A stretch of DNA of 63,169 nucleotides, filler included, from Octopus bimaculoides (taxonomy: Eukaryota), in NCBI RefSeq assembly GCF_001194135.2. It is 7 parts of 7 records of this genome, joined end to end, with 100 filler letters (N's around TTAATTAATTAA, not from the genome) between each part and the next. Parts side by side here need not be neighbours in the genome. Positions count along the whole stretch, not along the records: positions 22,330 to 30,458 come from NC_068982.1; positions 30,559 to 46,645 come from NC_068999.1; 5 more parts are not named here. One strand, 5' to 3'. Shown one piece after another: positions 26,440-38,770 of the stretch. The notes below the pieces were generated by a model, which was not told where the DNA came from, did no database searches, and saw only the letters and a list, made by a program, of their open reading frames with translations. Position 1 is the stretch's first letter; each line of letters opens with the position of its first letter. The translations under genes and the position numbers were made by a program.

Positions 26440-26939
26440 CCCATTAACTGCCAAATTGTTTTATTCATATCTTTTGGCTTTGCCAGGTATCTTAGGAGTT
26501 AGAATAATATATAGTATTAAAATTATGTTCGTATGTGACTTGTTTTGGAAATTACGATAAATTTTTCGATAAGTCCCAAATGAGGATCGCTAAAAAAAAA
26601 GCATATTTATCCTTTTCTATTTAATTGCAATAATAAACATTTTAGTTTTTTTGAAACTATAGTATCAAATGCGAAAGTGTATGAAATATCAATGAATGAT
26701 AAAGATAGGAAATGCAAAAGAAAAAAAAAAAAAATTCAAAACAGTCAATATTTTGTGGTTCAAAAATTGTGATTTATGACATAAAATGTCCTCTAGAATT
26801 AGCCAGAGCTAATAATGACAAACTTTAACTACTAAATATTGTTAAACACACCTCTGCAAATGAAATGTTGATAAGCAATTCATTTCAAATACAAGGAACA
26901 ATCGGTAGTGAGACTGTTTTTAGCATGGCAGGCAATGGG
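26440..26939. mobile_element. piggyBac-type non-autonomous element (500 bp)
   Basis: TTAA|CCCATTAACTGCCA ... TGGCAGGCAATGGG|TTAA: TTAA TSD, CCC/GGG ends, 12/14 TIR match; empty paralogous site near 24485. Confidence 0.85.
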
Positions 26940-27029
26940 TTAATTAAAAACGCAGTTCATTAATATATTTAATCTTAATCTATTTATTTTAATCTTGATG
27001 TATTTAATTAGTTCTCAATTTGTATCTTA

Positions 27030-27270
27030 GTGAATGCGGGTGATCCAGTGGTCATGATATCGCAAGATCGTGGTTTCAATTCCCGGATCGGGCGGTGTGG
27101 TGTGCTCTCGAGGCAAAACATTTTAATTCACGTTTCTTCAGTCCGTTCAGCCTTAAGTAAAAAAAAAACCTGCAACGGACTGACCTCTGTTTAGGGAGAA
27201 TGTCGTGATCTCGGTCACTTATATGCACCATAGAAACTGGGTAACCGGCTCTGTGGGTCCAAGGAGTCAA
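27030..27270 (+). mobile_element. tRNA-derived SINE (family C), diverged
   Basis: A-box-like ccagtggtc and B-box-like ggtttcaattccc, then gcaaaacatttt..cacgtt as at 41228. Confidence 0.65.
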
Positions 27271-27339
27271 GACAATAATTCACAGGGGTTAAGGCTGCTG
27301 CTGCTGCTACTACTGCTGCTATTGCTGCTGCGGATGATG

Positions 27340-28844
27340 ATGAAGAATTTGAGTCAAAAGGGCATTATGTTAATTCACAAAGAATTCACTAATTTTAGGC
27401 TTTTTAAAGAAGCGTTTGCGACCCTTATGACCCTGGTAAAGTTAAGATCAATGAAATCGAGGCTTCATCTGAACTTCCTTACGTGCGCAAGGTAATCTCC
27501 CGGGAAAGTCGAGGTGCATTAATAGAGATATTTGATGGGGGTCATCGGGTGTTTTGGTCCTTCAACATCAGGCATCCTCGCCTAGGCCGGTTAGCTCCAG
27601 TCAGGGTTAATCTGACCCTGAATTGCATCGCAACAGCAACAGTCCGTGGATCAGCTCTCAAGCCCAAATTCCACCAAATGCTTTTTCTCTGCAGCTTCGT
27701 TTACAGACTAAATGACCTTCTTCTTTGCACCCTTGCAAAGTCCAATCATCCGTTAAGGACCGTGCAAACAGATCGTCTCGTAAAGCTCACTTTTATCGAT
27801 TCATATGTTTATTTTCCTCTGTTTTTGCATTTCTCCACAAGTTCTTGATTCCAGTGTATATGAGAGAGAAAAGAAAAAGATGGGTAACATTCGTGAAGAT
27901 TGTTTTTGACGGTTTTGAAATGAAAGGGAGTTAGTTGAGCGTGTGAGAGGCGATAACCTAGGATTGACTTTGAGCATCGACGAGAAGAGCCTGAGTGGTC
28001 TCTTCCGGAGAACATTCAGCTCTAAGACCATGGAAAATTCCAGAGGTCTTTGGGATGGTAGTGTTACAGGGAATCATTGCCCTTTCGAGACTAGATCTTC
28101 AGGCATAGAAGCACCAACAGCCAAACCTGCCCGAGATACATGCAGGTGGACGAATTCGTCTTGCACGTAATTGTTCGGTGTTTGTGCATTAACGACTTGT
28201 GGGCTTCTATCGAGATGCAGCTGTCTTGTGTTAGACGAATCAAGCTTTCCGCCGAGTTTATAGTGAAGATGATCATCGCATCATCTTCCTTTGAAAGAGA
28301 AAGGACGGTAGATTTCTGCTTAATGACTGTGGCAAAAAAGACTTTAGCGAACCCATCTGAAAGGCTTAAGGACAGGCACTTTCTTATCAGGTGAAGCTCT
28401 CATTAAATTTCTTCAAATATCATTTAAAGAGGAAAGTCGGGGTCAAGAGGGAGGTGCTGCCTTCTAGCGTGTTTATCGAAAAGAGAATGAGAGTGGCAAG
28501 ACTGATGAGACTGAACGGATCTACTCTGAGTATGCTTTCTTAAGTAGGAGGAAAGAATCTAGAAGATGGCACTTCCCAAGAAGTCTTGGAGAAAGGAAAG
28601 TAATACGGGACATTTTGTGTGGATTTTCCTTGAATTACCCTAAGTGAACTTCCCCACCATTGAGAGGCGGGGTCTGTTAATTAATCACTTAATTAATTAT
28701 TTATTTTGCTATGTTTTTAATATTCTTTTGCTATATTCTTATCGTTGTAGTATCTCCTCTTGATCGATGTAAGCCTCAACGGTTGTACCTCGTCCTTTGA
28801 TTATTGCCCTTCATGTCTTTGGGCTCCCGTGGTTAATAAAAGAA
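27340..28844 (+). mobile_element. Tx1/L1-clade ORF2 C-terminal fragment plus 3'UTR, decayed
   Basis: GC-richer block; DE.VLH..VRC..INDLW..IE, VAKK.L, KRKVGVKREVL..SVF..RVARLMRLNGSTL*; AATAAA at 28835 then (ATC)n. Confidence 0.6.
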
Positions 28845-28999
28845 ATCATCATCATCATCATCATCATCATTATTGTAAACTTTTATACTCCGACTACCTG
28901 AAACGAAACAAATGCGAATACTAAACCTTTTCATCACTCTCCTCCTCCTCGTCGTCGTCGTCGTCGTCGTCGTCCCCCTCCTCCTCCTCCTCCTCCACC

Positions 29000-29030
<31 letters not shown>

Positions 29031-29230
29031 CTTCTTCTTCTTCTTCTTCTTCTTCTTCTTCATCTTCTTCTTCTTCACCTTCTTCTTNNNNNNNNNNCTA
29101 CTTCTTTATTTTTCTTTCACTCCTCCTTCCTTCTCCTCCCTTCCACCTTTTTCGTTACCTCCTCCTCCTCTTCTTCTTCTTCTTCTTCTTCTTCTTCTTC
29201 TTCTTCTTCTTCTTCTTCTTCTTCTTCTAT
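28845..29230. repeat. Compound trinucleotide arrays (ATC, GTC, CCT, CTT)
   Basis: Direct reading. Confidence 0.95.
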
Positions 29231-29568
29231 CCCTCCTCTTTCTCCGCCTTCTCGCCTTCTCCCACAACATCTCCTCCTCAATATAACAGATAACGTTGTA
29301 CACACAACGTTGCCCAGTGGATATCACAACATCTCGTGAGAAGCTCTTAAGCGTTTCTCCCTTCAAATAATATTTGGTTGTTGCTAATCTGTTTACAAAA
29401 CCCTCTTCTAATTTAATACCAATGTTATTTCAACTAATTTCCTGATATAATGAAATCATTAAATAGTAATAATTACGAAAACTATTGATTAGGATCTCGG
29501 TGATTACAAACTGATGTAAGTTAATGAAAGATATAAAAATCTGCTAGCGTCTCTCTCTCTTTCTCTTC

Positions 29569-29625
<57 letters not shown>

Positions 29626-30365
29626 GGGAGGTGGCCTAAAGAAAGCTCGTCTCCTACACAGCCAGTTGGTAAACCGTGGCCAACTTGCATCTTCAAGCGT
29701 TCGAATAAGCACAATTACGAAAAGGAAAGACTTCACACAACTTCCAAATGTTGTCAAGGGTCTGAAGATCACATGGTGGAACGTTTGAACCATTCTTAAC
29801 TCAGGCGCCAGAGGTCACCTAGATCCGCTCTCATTGCATATGAACTGCCCAGGTTAGATATTGAGATCACAGCCCTTAGCGAAGTCTGGCTCCCAAAAGA
29901 AGGCAGCTTGAAAGAGCATGGTGCCGGATACACCCTGTATTGGTCAGGCAAACCCCCAATGAGAAAGACGCTGTTCAGATGTCAGTTTCATGATAAGAAG
30001 CTCCATTGCTTCAATGTTGGAAACCCCACCAGCAGGTCATTCTGACCGCATCATCTCTATGCACTTCCCTCTGAAAAACAAGCAGCATACCACATTCTTC
30101 AGCGTTTACTCTTCGACACTCCAAACAGACCCAGCAGACAAGGAAAAGTTCTGCTCAGACCCGTGCAGACTTCTCCAAGGAACACACATCGATGATAAGG
30201 TGATAATCCTAGGAGATTTCAACGCCAAAGTGGGCCGAGATTCAGAAACCTGGAAAGGAGTCCTCGGAAAGCATGGGGTTGGGAACTGCAACGACAACGG
30301 GTGATTCTTGCTTGAGTCTTGCAGAGAACATCAGCTCATCACCATTACCATCTTCCAGCAAAGAG
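29626..30365 (+). mobile_element. RTE-clade LINE 5' part with APE endonuclease, decayed
   Basis: WNV*TI, ALSEVWL, GYTLYWSG, SDRIISM, SVYS.T, IILGDFNAKVG, HGVGNCNDNG, ITIFQQ. Confidence 0.93.
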
Positions 30366-30423
30366 AATCCATCCATCCATCCATACATACGTACGTACGT
30401 ACATACGTACATACATACATACA

Positions 30424-30458
<35 letters not shown>

Positions 30459-30502
30459 NNNNNNNNNNNNNNNNNNNNNNNNNNNNNNNNNNNNNNNNNN
30501 NN

Positions 30503-30514
30503 TTAATTAATTAA
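30503..30514. other. Artificial gap spacer TTAATTAATTAA
   Basis: N44 on each side. Confidence 0.95.
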
Positions 30515-30687
30515 NNNNNNNNNNNNNNNNNNNNNNNNNNNNNNNNNNNNNNNNNNNNCACACATTCTACGCAAAACACTTTCAATACAGTAAACATAAG
30601 AGCACCACAGCAAACCACAGCACATACCCAAGGCGCACAGAGCTGCGCTCGGTAGTGAAGTGAAAGCACGTTATAAAAATAAAACTA

Positions 30688-30795
<108 letters not shown>

Positions 30796-30989
30796 CTGAA
30801 ATAAAAGAAAAAGTAATGTATCTTTGTCAAAGTAAAAATATAAATATCGCTGGTTCTTATCGAAATATCTTGTCACGTATCCATTGAAACAAAATGTCTG
30901 TCACGTTTTTGATATCACATAAAAGAAAACTATGTCAAAGAAGTAAGAAAATGTATCATTGTACGCGTTGTGTCCTTTCCAGGGAATGT

Positions 30990-31230
30990 TGTGATCCCAA
31001 GTTGCCAATCTATAGCTTCATACCTGTCATGATGGAGCCTATAAAAGGACGGACGATTACCTGCCAGGATGGGCAGACGTTTACCTGCTTTGGTTTCCGG
31101 TTACAGGCACGTCTCAAAAGCCCTTACCTTCGAGTTCCCTCCAACTGCGCAGCGCCTTGGTCAAGTACCGACTACTACAGTCCCAGAATGACCAATGTCT
31201 TGTGAGTGAATCTGATAGACAGAAACCGTG
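30990..31230 (+). mobile_element. Possible L2/Crack-like LINE C-terminal remnant
   Basis: KLPIYSFI ... LRSALVKYRL resembles the K...Y..IK..LRS.L.KFR motif; weak. Confidence 0.35.
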
Positions 31231-31255
31231 TGGATACACGCACATACATACATCA

Positions 31256-31354
<99 letters not shown>

Positions 31355-31771
31355 TAGAGGCATAGATAGAGGGAGAAGTGCAGTTAAAAAACTTTATCTC
31401 CATGCGTATTGAATGATATAATATTTAGATAAAACATTGACAATTCTCCTTGATACGAAATGATGTAAGGCAGGCGAAATGAATTAAGTGTATTTTAAAG
31501 CTAGCCTGGTTAATACAGGACTAGTTTCATGTTTAATGTACAAGCTAAATAAATCAATTTTAAAAAATTGACTTCATTCAACTTTAACACATTTAGTAAC
31601 GTTAGAGGTATACAAATAAAGCTTCTAGTTTATTATGCCGGCAACCGTCTAATGATACTGACTAGTAAGTCAGTTTTTTTTTTGGGGGGGGGGGCTTGCA
31701 TCATGGTTATGCCGATATAATGTAGGAAAAATATAATAATAACAATAAGTCTAGAATTTATAAATATGTAA

Positions 31772-31963
31772 TACATCTCTACGCGTGTTTCCACAAATCA
31801 CATGATTTTAACATCCGATAATGCAGTAATGTCTGATGAAATGAATCAATGATGATGATCAACCGGATGCCCACGGATAATACGGACATCAATGTACTCA
31901 TTCCAAGGATACTGACTCTGATGTTAAAATCATCTTATTTGTGGAAACGCGCGTAGCGATGTA
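31772..31963. repeat. Inverted-repeat (foldback) element with a decayed hammerhead-like motif
   Basis: 31772-31815 vs rc 31920-31963 match 40/44; CTGATG...GAAACGCGCGTA in the right arm. Confidence 0.8.
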
Positions 31964-31998
31964 TGAAATGCTTATTAATTCCATCCTAGAATTCTTGT

Positions 31999-32061
<63 letters not shown>

Positions 32062-32154
32062 NNNNNNNNNNNNNNNNNNNNNNNNNNNNNNNNNNNNNNN
32101 NNNNNNNNNNNNNNNNNNNNNNNNNNNNNNNNNNNNNNNNNNNNNNNNNNNNNN

Positions 32155-32196
<42 letters not shown>

Positions 32197-32431
32197 TTTT
32201 TCTGGCTTGATATATATTCTAAATCTGCTATACTGTTTACATATACCTATTGTTGCCAACCGACTTCACCAGAAATAAACTAGAGGGGATCTTATCACAT
32301 ATAACCAGCTTTGCGAAATAACTGATGCCCTCACGTATTGCGATGCAGCTTCGTATTCGAGTTGCGCAGTCTTTCACTAATGCTCTGTGAGAGTGTGTGC
32401 GTGTGTTTGTGTGTGTCATCGTGTGTATGTG

Positions 32432-32481
<50 letters not shown>

Positions 32482-35339
32482 CGTGTGTCAGTGTGAGATT
32501 GTGTGTGTGCGTGTGTGTGTGTGTGTATTGCATGTTGTGTGTGTGAATTTGAATTTATTTCGCAAGTATTTTGATCTGAAACTGTGTTGAAGCCAATATT
32601 ATTTAATTTGAGAAGAGGTTTTTATTAATAAACTCTATAAACTCACTCGCCGGTAGTTGCTTGTTTATATTTCACCTCATTTTGTTTTTTCGTTTTCAAA
32701 ACAGTTAACGTTTCTTTATCCTCACCCAATTTTTTCTTTTTTCGTCACACAAATCAGTAGCTTTCTCGAATGGTATACATCCCTCCCTTTCTTTTAAATT
32801 CTTGGTTTTCCAGTTTATACTAAGAATAACTGGCAAGGTTATAGAAAATTGCATTCAGTGGATCTACAGCTCGTCTCGTATTCAAAGCTTAAAACTGAAA
32901 TATTCTTTTATCACATTCAAAGAAAAAATCACCAGAACAAATATGAACAATCTCTATCAATGGTGCTCTTTTACTATTATATAACGGTTTCATTTTGTCT
33001 TCCATGATATATTCATTTATTTATTTATAGCCAGACAAAAGTATTACAAAAGCAGGGAATATTTTTTGCTTGAGATCTTCCGTTTGATCTCCTATCTCAA
33101 CTGTACTTATTTGAACCCCCAGATAATTATCCTCTTACAGCTATCCTATTACACATTGTCTACCGAAGAATACTGCTGTGAATAACAACCAGTTTAATCA
33201 TGACCATCAATATGGTAGCTGCATCTTGTTTGTAGAGTGAAACATGTACTGGAAACTCCAGTCATGGAGCTTGCGCCAGCAACACAGGTTTAAAACTTGT
33301 TTACATTGTGTTGTAACTATCTGATAAATATATCAATGAAGATAAGCAGAGATATGCGAGAGAAATAAATTTGTTTGTTTCTAGTTATTTGAATGTTCAT
33401 CGCGGTAGAATTATTTTTATTTATTTATTTATTGTATGGTAAATGGTGAATCACGGCGTCATTGATCTCATGTCTCCGATAGCCAAATTATTGGTTCAGT
33501 ATCATAATGAGGAGCAAATATCTCAATGATTTGCGCTCATGCCAATGTTTATATCAAAATTCGCTTGACGTTCCTACGGACCAATATATTCCTAATTCAG
33601 TGTTAATAATCCAGTGCAACACCTTTAATTAACCTGCGTTGATATTGTCTGTAGAACTCTCTAATCTTTACAAATATGACATAATCGATTCCTTAAGATT
33701 TAAGGCGTTCTCTCTTGAAAAACAAAATAAGAACCACAAGACTGCTTGAGATGTCAATATTTTTGCATCACATAACAAACGTTGCTGATATGTAGAGATA
33801 TGGATTCGCTCTGTCATGATTTCTGAAATTGCCATGAGACGACAAACTTTGCAAAGGTCGAGCATTCAATTAAAATGATTCCAATATGTTACTGGTTGAT
33901 AAGTTATCCAGCGTGGAATCAGGAAATGAAAAAATCTTCAAAAGAATTTGAACGTAAAGAGGTCTAAACCAAATACAATACGACAACCTGTCTGCAATTA
34001 TTCCAATACTTCTAATTTACCGCACTTGAATTTTCAATATCAAAAAGACAAAACTGTCATTTTAATTATAATGGTAAACCCGACGAGCAAATTGGCCTAG
34101 TGGTAGCACTTTTGGCACGATTTTTCTTACCTTAGTCTTCCTGCGAGCTAAGTTCGAATACTGATGAGGTCGTCTTTGTCATTCCCAGATCGATAAGCTG
34201 ATTACCAGCTTTGTTCTGGAACCAATTTTTTTCTCTTTGTTCGTTAGTTTCTACTCTCTCTCTTTCTCTTTCTCTCTCTCACACACATACACACAGAAAG
34301 AAATCGATCGTGGTCAGATTTGATAATAGCTGGGCTCCACCAGGTAGGTCAAATATCACCCAAAACGCATTTTATGTCAAAACGGCACCTCGATGACTCC
34401 ATCAGGAGTTGACGATCCAAGGCAAAGCCAGTTAAACACAATATATTATTCCAAAAGCAGAGCAAACACAATATCCTACGCCATTTCGCAAAGTGCGTTA
34501 ACAAACTTCAATACAAGCAAAATGGCTCCCCAGGAGTGAAACGTTATCACTGGGCGATTAGCTGTCATTTTATATTCCTCACATTATTTCGCTATTCATC
34601 TAAATCTATACGTTGCAAAGGCTTTGAAAACAACATATTAAGTTGGTTCATTCGAGTATATTAATAGGCATAACAATGTAACTACGAACATCATTTTTTT
34701 CCAAAATATGAGCAGTGAAGAGAAAGCATAAATACACCTTGAGGAATATTGGGAAATTACAATATTCCAAGTAAATATAAAAATTAAATACAATGTTAAG
34801 CAAATTTTATGTCAGCAGATGTCATGTAGCATTGAGACAATTTTTTGGTTATTCCACAGCAATTATAGATTTCATTTAAATAATGGAATTTTGGAAAAGG
34901 TACATTTCCTTTTCCATTTCAACGGGAATTCGGTTTGCTGCACACAGTTCGGTAATATCTAATTCTAAAAGCCTTTCTGGAAATTTAAAATATGGTACTG
35001 TGACTCAACATATATTCCTTGCTTTAATTTTTCGTTTCGTATACTGGTATCATGTGATCTCCCTTTTTTTTCGTTTTATCTCATTTACGTTCAAATTCAT
35101 ACATACATACAAACATACATACATACATGCATACATACATAAATGTACGTATATTTTTTTCTTTCATGCCTTTCACCCTAAAGGCTGTGAGCGTCATGGG
35201 ACATCGGCAGTGTTAGCACTTTTACAATAGCCATTCTTTTGTGAAAGGCGTTTGGTGAATGAGGGAGATGGATATATATATANNNNNNNNNNGTGTGTGT
35301 GTGTGTGTGTGTATACATTTAAATTTCAGCTAATATTTC

Positions 35340-35434
35340 GTCCTAGTAGTTTTATGCCCAGCCGCTAGATTATGGAGGCACAAACGTCGGTTGTCAAGCG
35401 GGATACGGAGTACGAACACACGCACTTGCGTGCG

Positions 35435-35477
<43 letters not shown>

Positions 35478-35625
35478 ATATGACGGACCTCTTTCAGTTT
35501 CAGTCTACGAAATCCACACATAAGGTTTTGGTCGGACCGAGGCTATTGTATAAGACACTTACCCAAGACCCACGCAGTAGGACTGAACTCAGAACCATGT
35601 GATTCAGAAGGAAACCTCTTACCAC
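35340..35625 (-). mobile_element. SINE B with internal (CA)n
   Basis: cggttgtcaagcg...(ca)n...tttcagt..tctac.aaatccac...ggctatt.taagacact. Confidence 0.85.
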
Positions 35626-35626
35626 A

Positions 35627-35659
<33 letters not shown>

Positions 35660-35957
35660 TATTCAACTATCTGTTTCGCATTCGTATATAAACAGCTTAG
35701 ATCTTAATCATAAAAAAATACGAAACCATTATTCAATACTGATTTACTTAGTTGTAAGATAGAAATTTAAATGTAATAAACTGCTTTAAAAGGAATTTAA
35801 AGTGCCTACGTGATAACTGTAAACCTACTTTTGGGCTACCCTGTATATATATATTTCCTTCGTCTTAGTCTCATAATTTTTAAATCCCAATGTGATATAC
35901 ATGTCTAGCTATGTATTTCAGTTTCTCAGTCTTCGCTCTCTCTCCTCCTACATAACC

Positions 35958-36036
35958 GTGGGTATGTATGTACGTACAGAAAAGATTTAGCTGTCTGTGG
36001 ATATGTATGTACGTACAGAAAAGATTTAACTGTCAG
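35958..36036. repeat. 40-bp tandem duplication
   Basis: gtgg.tatgtatgtacgtacagaaaagattta.ctgtc twice. Confidence 0.9.
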
Positions 36037-36769
36037 AGGAAATTCTAAAATGTAAAAATATTTCTTCTATGCTTTTTATGAGCAGTGAAAGAGAGAGGAC
36101 ACTACTGATTGACTGCTCCTCCGCATAGGGATCGAACTCGATCTCCTTCTATAGAATAACTATTTACTATTTAAGGCAGAATGGAATTAAGTTGTTATCG
36201 TCATGGATAATTTAATCTACATAGCTTTGCTTTTAACGCATCATAAACTATATACATATATTGTGTGGCCAACATACCGTGAATCGGAAAGACACATATA
36301 TTTACATATTAGGAAACCTTAGCTTTTTTATGAATGTAGATTCAACACACACACACACACACACACAACACAACAAAAATAAGACTGACAAAAATCACAT
36401 CTTTAATCGGTGATTACACCCAATGTCTACGTAATGGGACTGAACTCGGAACAATGTGATTGAGAAACAAATTCCTTACCACACTACACATTCACATATA
36501 TATAAATATCTTTCGTCGTAGTCTATTTGAGAATTCCTTACATGTGAGGAATTAGCCAAGGGTGTCTGTAAGAAACTTCAAAATATCTAACAATCAGGTA
36601 TTTCGAAGTTGATAATGCTTGACCTCTTGAGGACTTGTGTAGACCTGCTTCTTCTCCATGAAGTCGAAAGTTCGATCGTGAAGATGGAGATTCAAACTTG
36701 CACTGATGACACATACACTATGCTTCTCATTTGGGTCAAAATATCAAAGAGGGCAAAATTCCACCAATC

Positions 36770-37180
36770 TTTTACTTTTACTTGTTTCAGTCGTTAGACT
36801 GCGGCCATGCTGGTGCACCGCCTTGTAGAATTTTAGCTGAATGAATCGAACCCAGTACATTTTTTTCTTCTTTTGAGCCTGGTACTTATTGTATCGGTTC
36901 TTTTGCCGAACCGGTAGGTTACGGGAACATGAAAACACACTAACACAGGTTGTCAAGCGGTGGTGGAGAAAAAACACTGCCGCAAAAACACACGTAGAAC
37001 CTTGGGGGAAGTGGTTAGTCGATTATATTGACCATAGTGGTCATCTCGTACATATTTCATTGCTGTCGAAAGATTAAAAGGTAAAGTCCTGGACGGGGTT
37101 TGAACTCAGGGTTTTAAGCTGGAAGATATTTCGCGGAGTAATTTGCCTGGTGCGTTAACGATTCTGCAGTCTCACCGCCT
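36770..37180 (-). mobile_element. SINE B tail (36770-36985) followed by SINE A (36995-37180)
   Basis: Family motifs. Confidence 0.8.
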
Positions 37181-37614
37181 TTACTAAAATTAATTATATC
37201 ATAATCCAGTAAGAAGCTTTATGTACACATCGATAAAGAATTCAACTGATGACGACAGGAGATCAAACTGATCGGAAGGCAGTGTCCATATATTTACTGT
37301 AAATAAGCACTGTCTTTGTAGACATTTACAAGTCGAATGTTGAATATATTTGTATTTCTGTATTGGGTTACTCCTAAAATGTTCGATTCATAAAACTAAT
37401 TGATCATATTATAAGATAACTATGACATCTAGTTCATTGAATGTATGTATTGTTGATTAGGCAATAATGAAATAGAAAAGCAGAAGATCAATCGCAGTTT
37501 ATTGATCTCCTCGATTTGCTTTTCATTTGAAATGGCGATTATCCGTAAGATTTATCAATTCATATATAATTGTATGCACTACTTTATTCGACGATTTTAC
37601 AATCCATGACCACT

Positions 37615-37760
37615 GTATTCGGCGCTCTACTGATTTGACCAGTTCATCATCACTTTGTCCGGCGCTCTACCGATTTTAGCACTTCATTACCTCTTCGTTT
37701 GACGCTCTACCGATTTTGTCAATTCATCACCACTTTGTTCGGCGCTCTACCGACTCTGCC
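37615..37760. repeat. ~39-bp minisatellite, about 3.5 copies
   Basis: cggcgctctaccgattt...ttcatcaccactttgt units. Confidence 0.88.
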
Positions 37761-37959
37761 TGTCAGCCGTTTGCAATAATACGGATTACTTATATTGGCG
37801 CTCAGTCGTAAAATTTCTTGGGAAAAGTTATGAACCATTCGCCATCGTTTCACAGTAAGTGATTCTTATTAACTTTATTGACCCTAGACAAGCATAAAGC
37901 TAATCACACCCCGATAAGATTTGAGTTTAGTGTGTAGCAGTATAAATATAAATATCGAT

Positions 37960-38125
37960 TTCAAATTTTGGCACAAGACCAGCAATTTTGGGGCAGGCTT
38001 AATCGATTATATCGATCTCAGTGATCAACTAGTACTTATCTTATCGACCTTCAAAGGTGAAAGGCAAAGTCGACCTCACCGGAATTTGAAGCCAGACATA
38101 AAGGCAGACAAAATGCCGCTAAGTA
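37960..38125 (-). mobile_element. SINE A
   Basis: tttcaaattttggcacaag...ggcaaagtcgacctc...gccgctaag. Confidence 0.85.
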
Positions 38126-38164
38126 TTTCCCCCTCATTATTCTCACAAGGCTCAATTTCAAGAG

Positions 38165-38374
38165 AGAGGGATGATCGATTACGGACCCGGATTTTCCAGG
38201 GCCGCCGAGAGCGCACCGGACGCTGCCCGAGGCAAACAATCATTGACATGTGCAGACACTTCAAACTTCATTTCCGCAAATAGATCTAATATTTCTCGCC
38301 GCTTCCATCGCTGAAGAGACCTTTCTGAATTTATACAGTATGCTGTATCTGATATGGGCCTGACTTAACCTCAT
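38165..38374 (-). pseudogene. Mariner transposase N-terminal HTH fragment
   Basis: MRLSQAHIRYSILYKFRKVSSAMEAARNIRSICGNEV*SVCTCQ*LFA...GSVID matches HIRH.+LYEF.KG.SA.EAARNI..VYG...SVRTCQ.WF; in-frame stops. Confidence 0.85.
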
Positions 38375-38494
38375 TTTAAATGGGTAAAATTGATTCATAT
38401 TTAACCACAATGGTATAAAATAATATTCAAAGAAAGAATACAAAAGCATATATAAGCGACAGAGGCAGTATTAGTATCGAGAGGTAATATCCCT

Positions 38495-38770
38495 TCTTAA
38501 AGCCTTGTGAGTGGATTTGGTAGACGGAAACTGAAAGAAGCCCATCGTATATATGTGTGAGTGTGTGTGTGTGTCTGTGGTTGTCGCCACCACCGTCGCT
38601 TGACAACCGATGTTGGTGTGTTTACGTACCCGTAACTTAACGATTCGGCAAAAGAAACCGATAGAATAAGTACTAGGCTTACAAAGAATAAGTCCTGGGG
38701 TCGGTTAGTTCAAAACTAAAGGCGGTGCTCCTGCATGGCTGCAGTAAAATGTCTGAAACAAATAAAAGAA
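38495..38770 (+). mobile_element. SINE B (5'-partial) with internal (TG)n
   Basis: aaagccttgtgagtggatttggtagacggaaactgaaagaagccc...(tg)n...ggcggtgctcc.gcatggc. Confidence 0.9.

Noticed and set aside
28502-28508. CTGATGA matches at 28502, 13094, 31832 and 34160
   Set aside because: No stem II and GAAA follow; they are coding-remnant or SINE sequence.
35815-35845. Tc1/mariner-like TIR (tttttgggctaccctgta|ta)
   Set aside because: No partner TIR found, so the element cannot be delimited.
37246-37287. CTGATGA-cgacag..ctgatcg-GAAG hammerhead
   Set aside because: GAAA is mutated and stem I does not pair; too degenerate.
38171-38311. Plus-strand MIDYGPG...ANRSNIS as the GPCR N-terminus with N-glycosylation sites
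   Set aside because: The frame stops before any TM segment, and the opposite strand is a clear mariner fragment.
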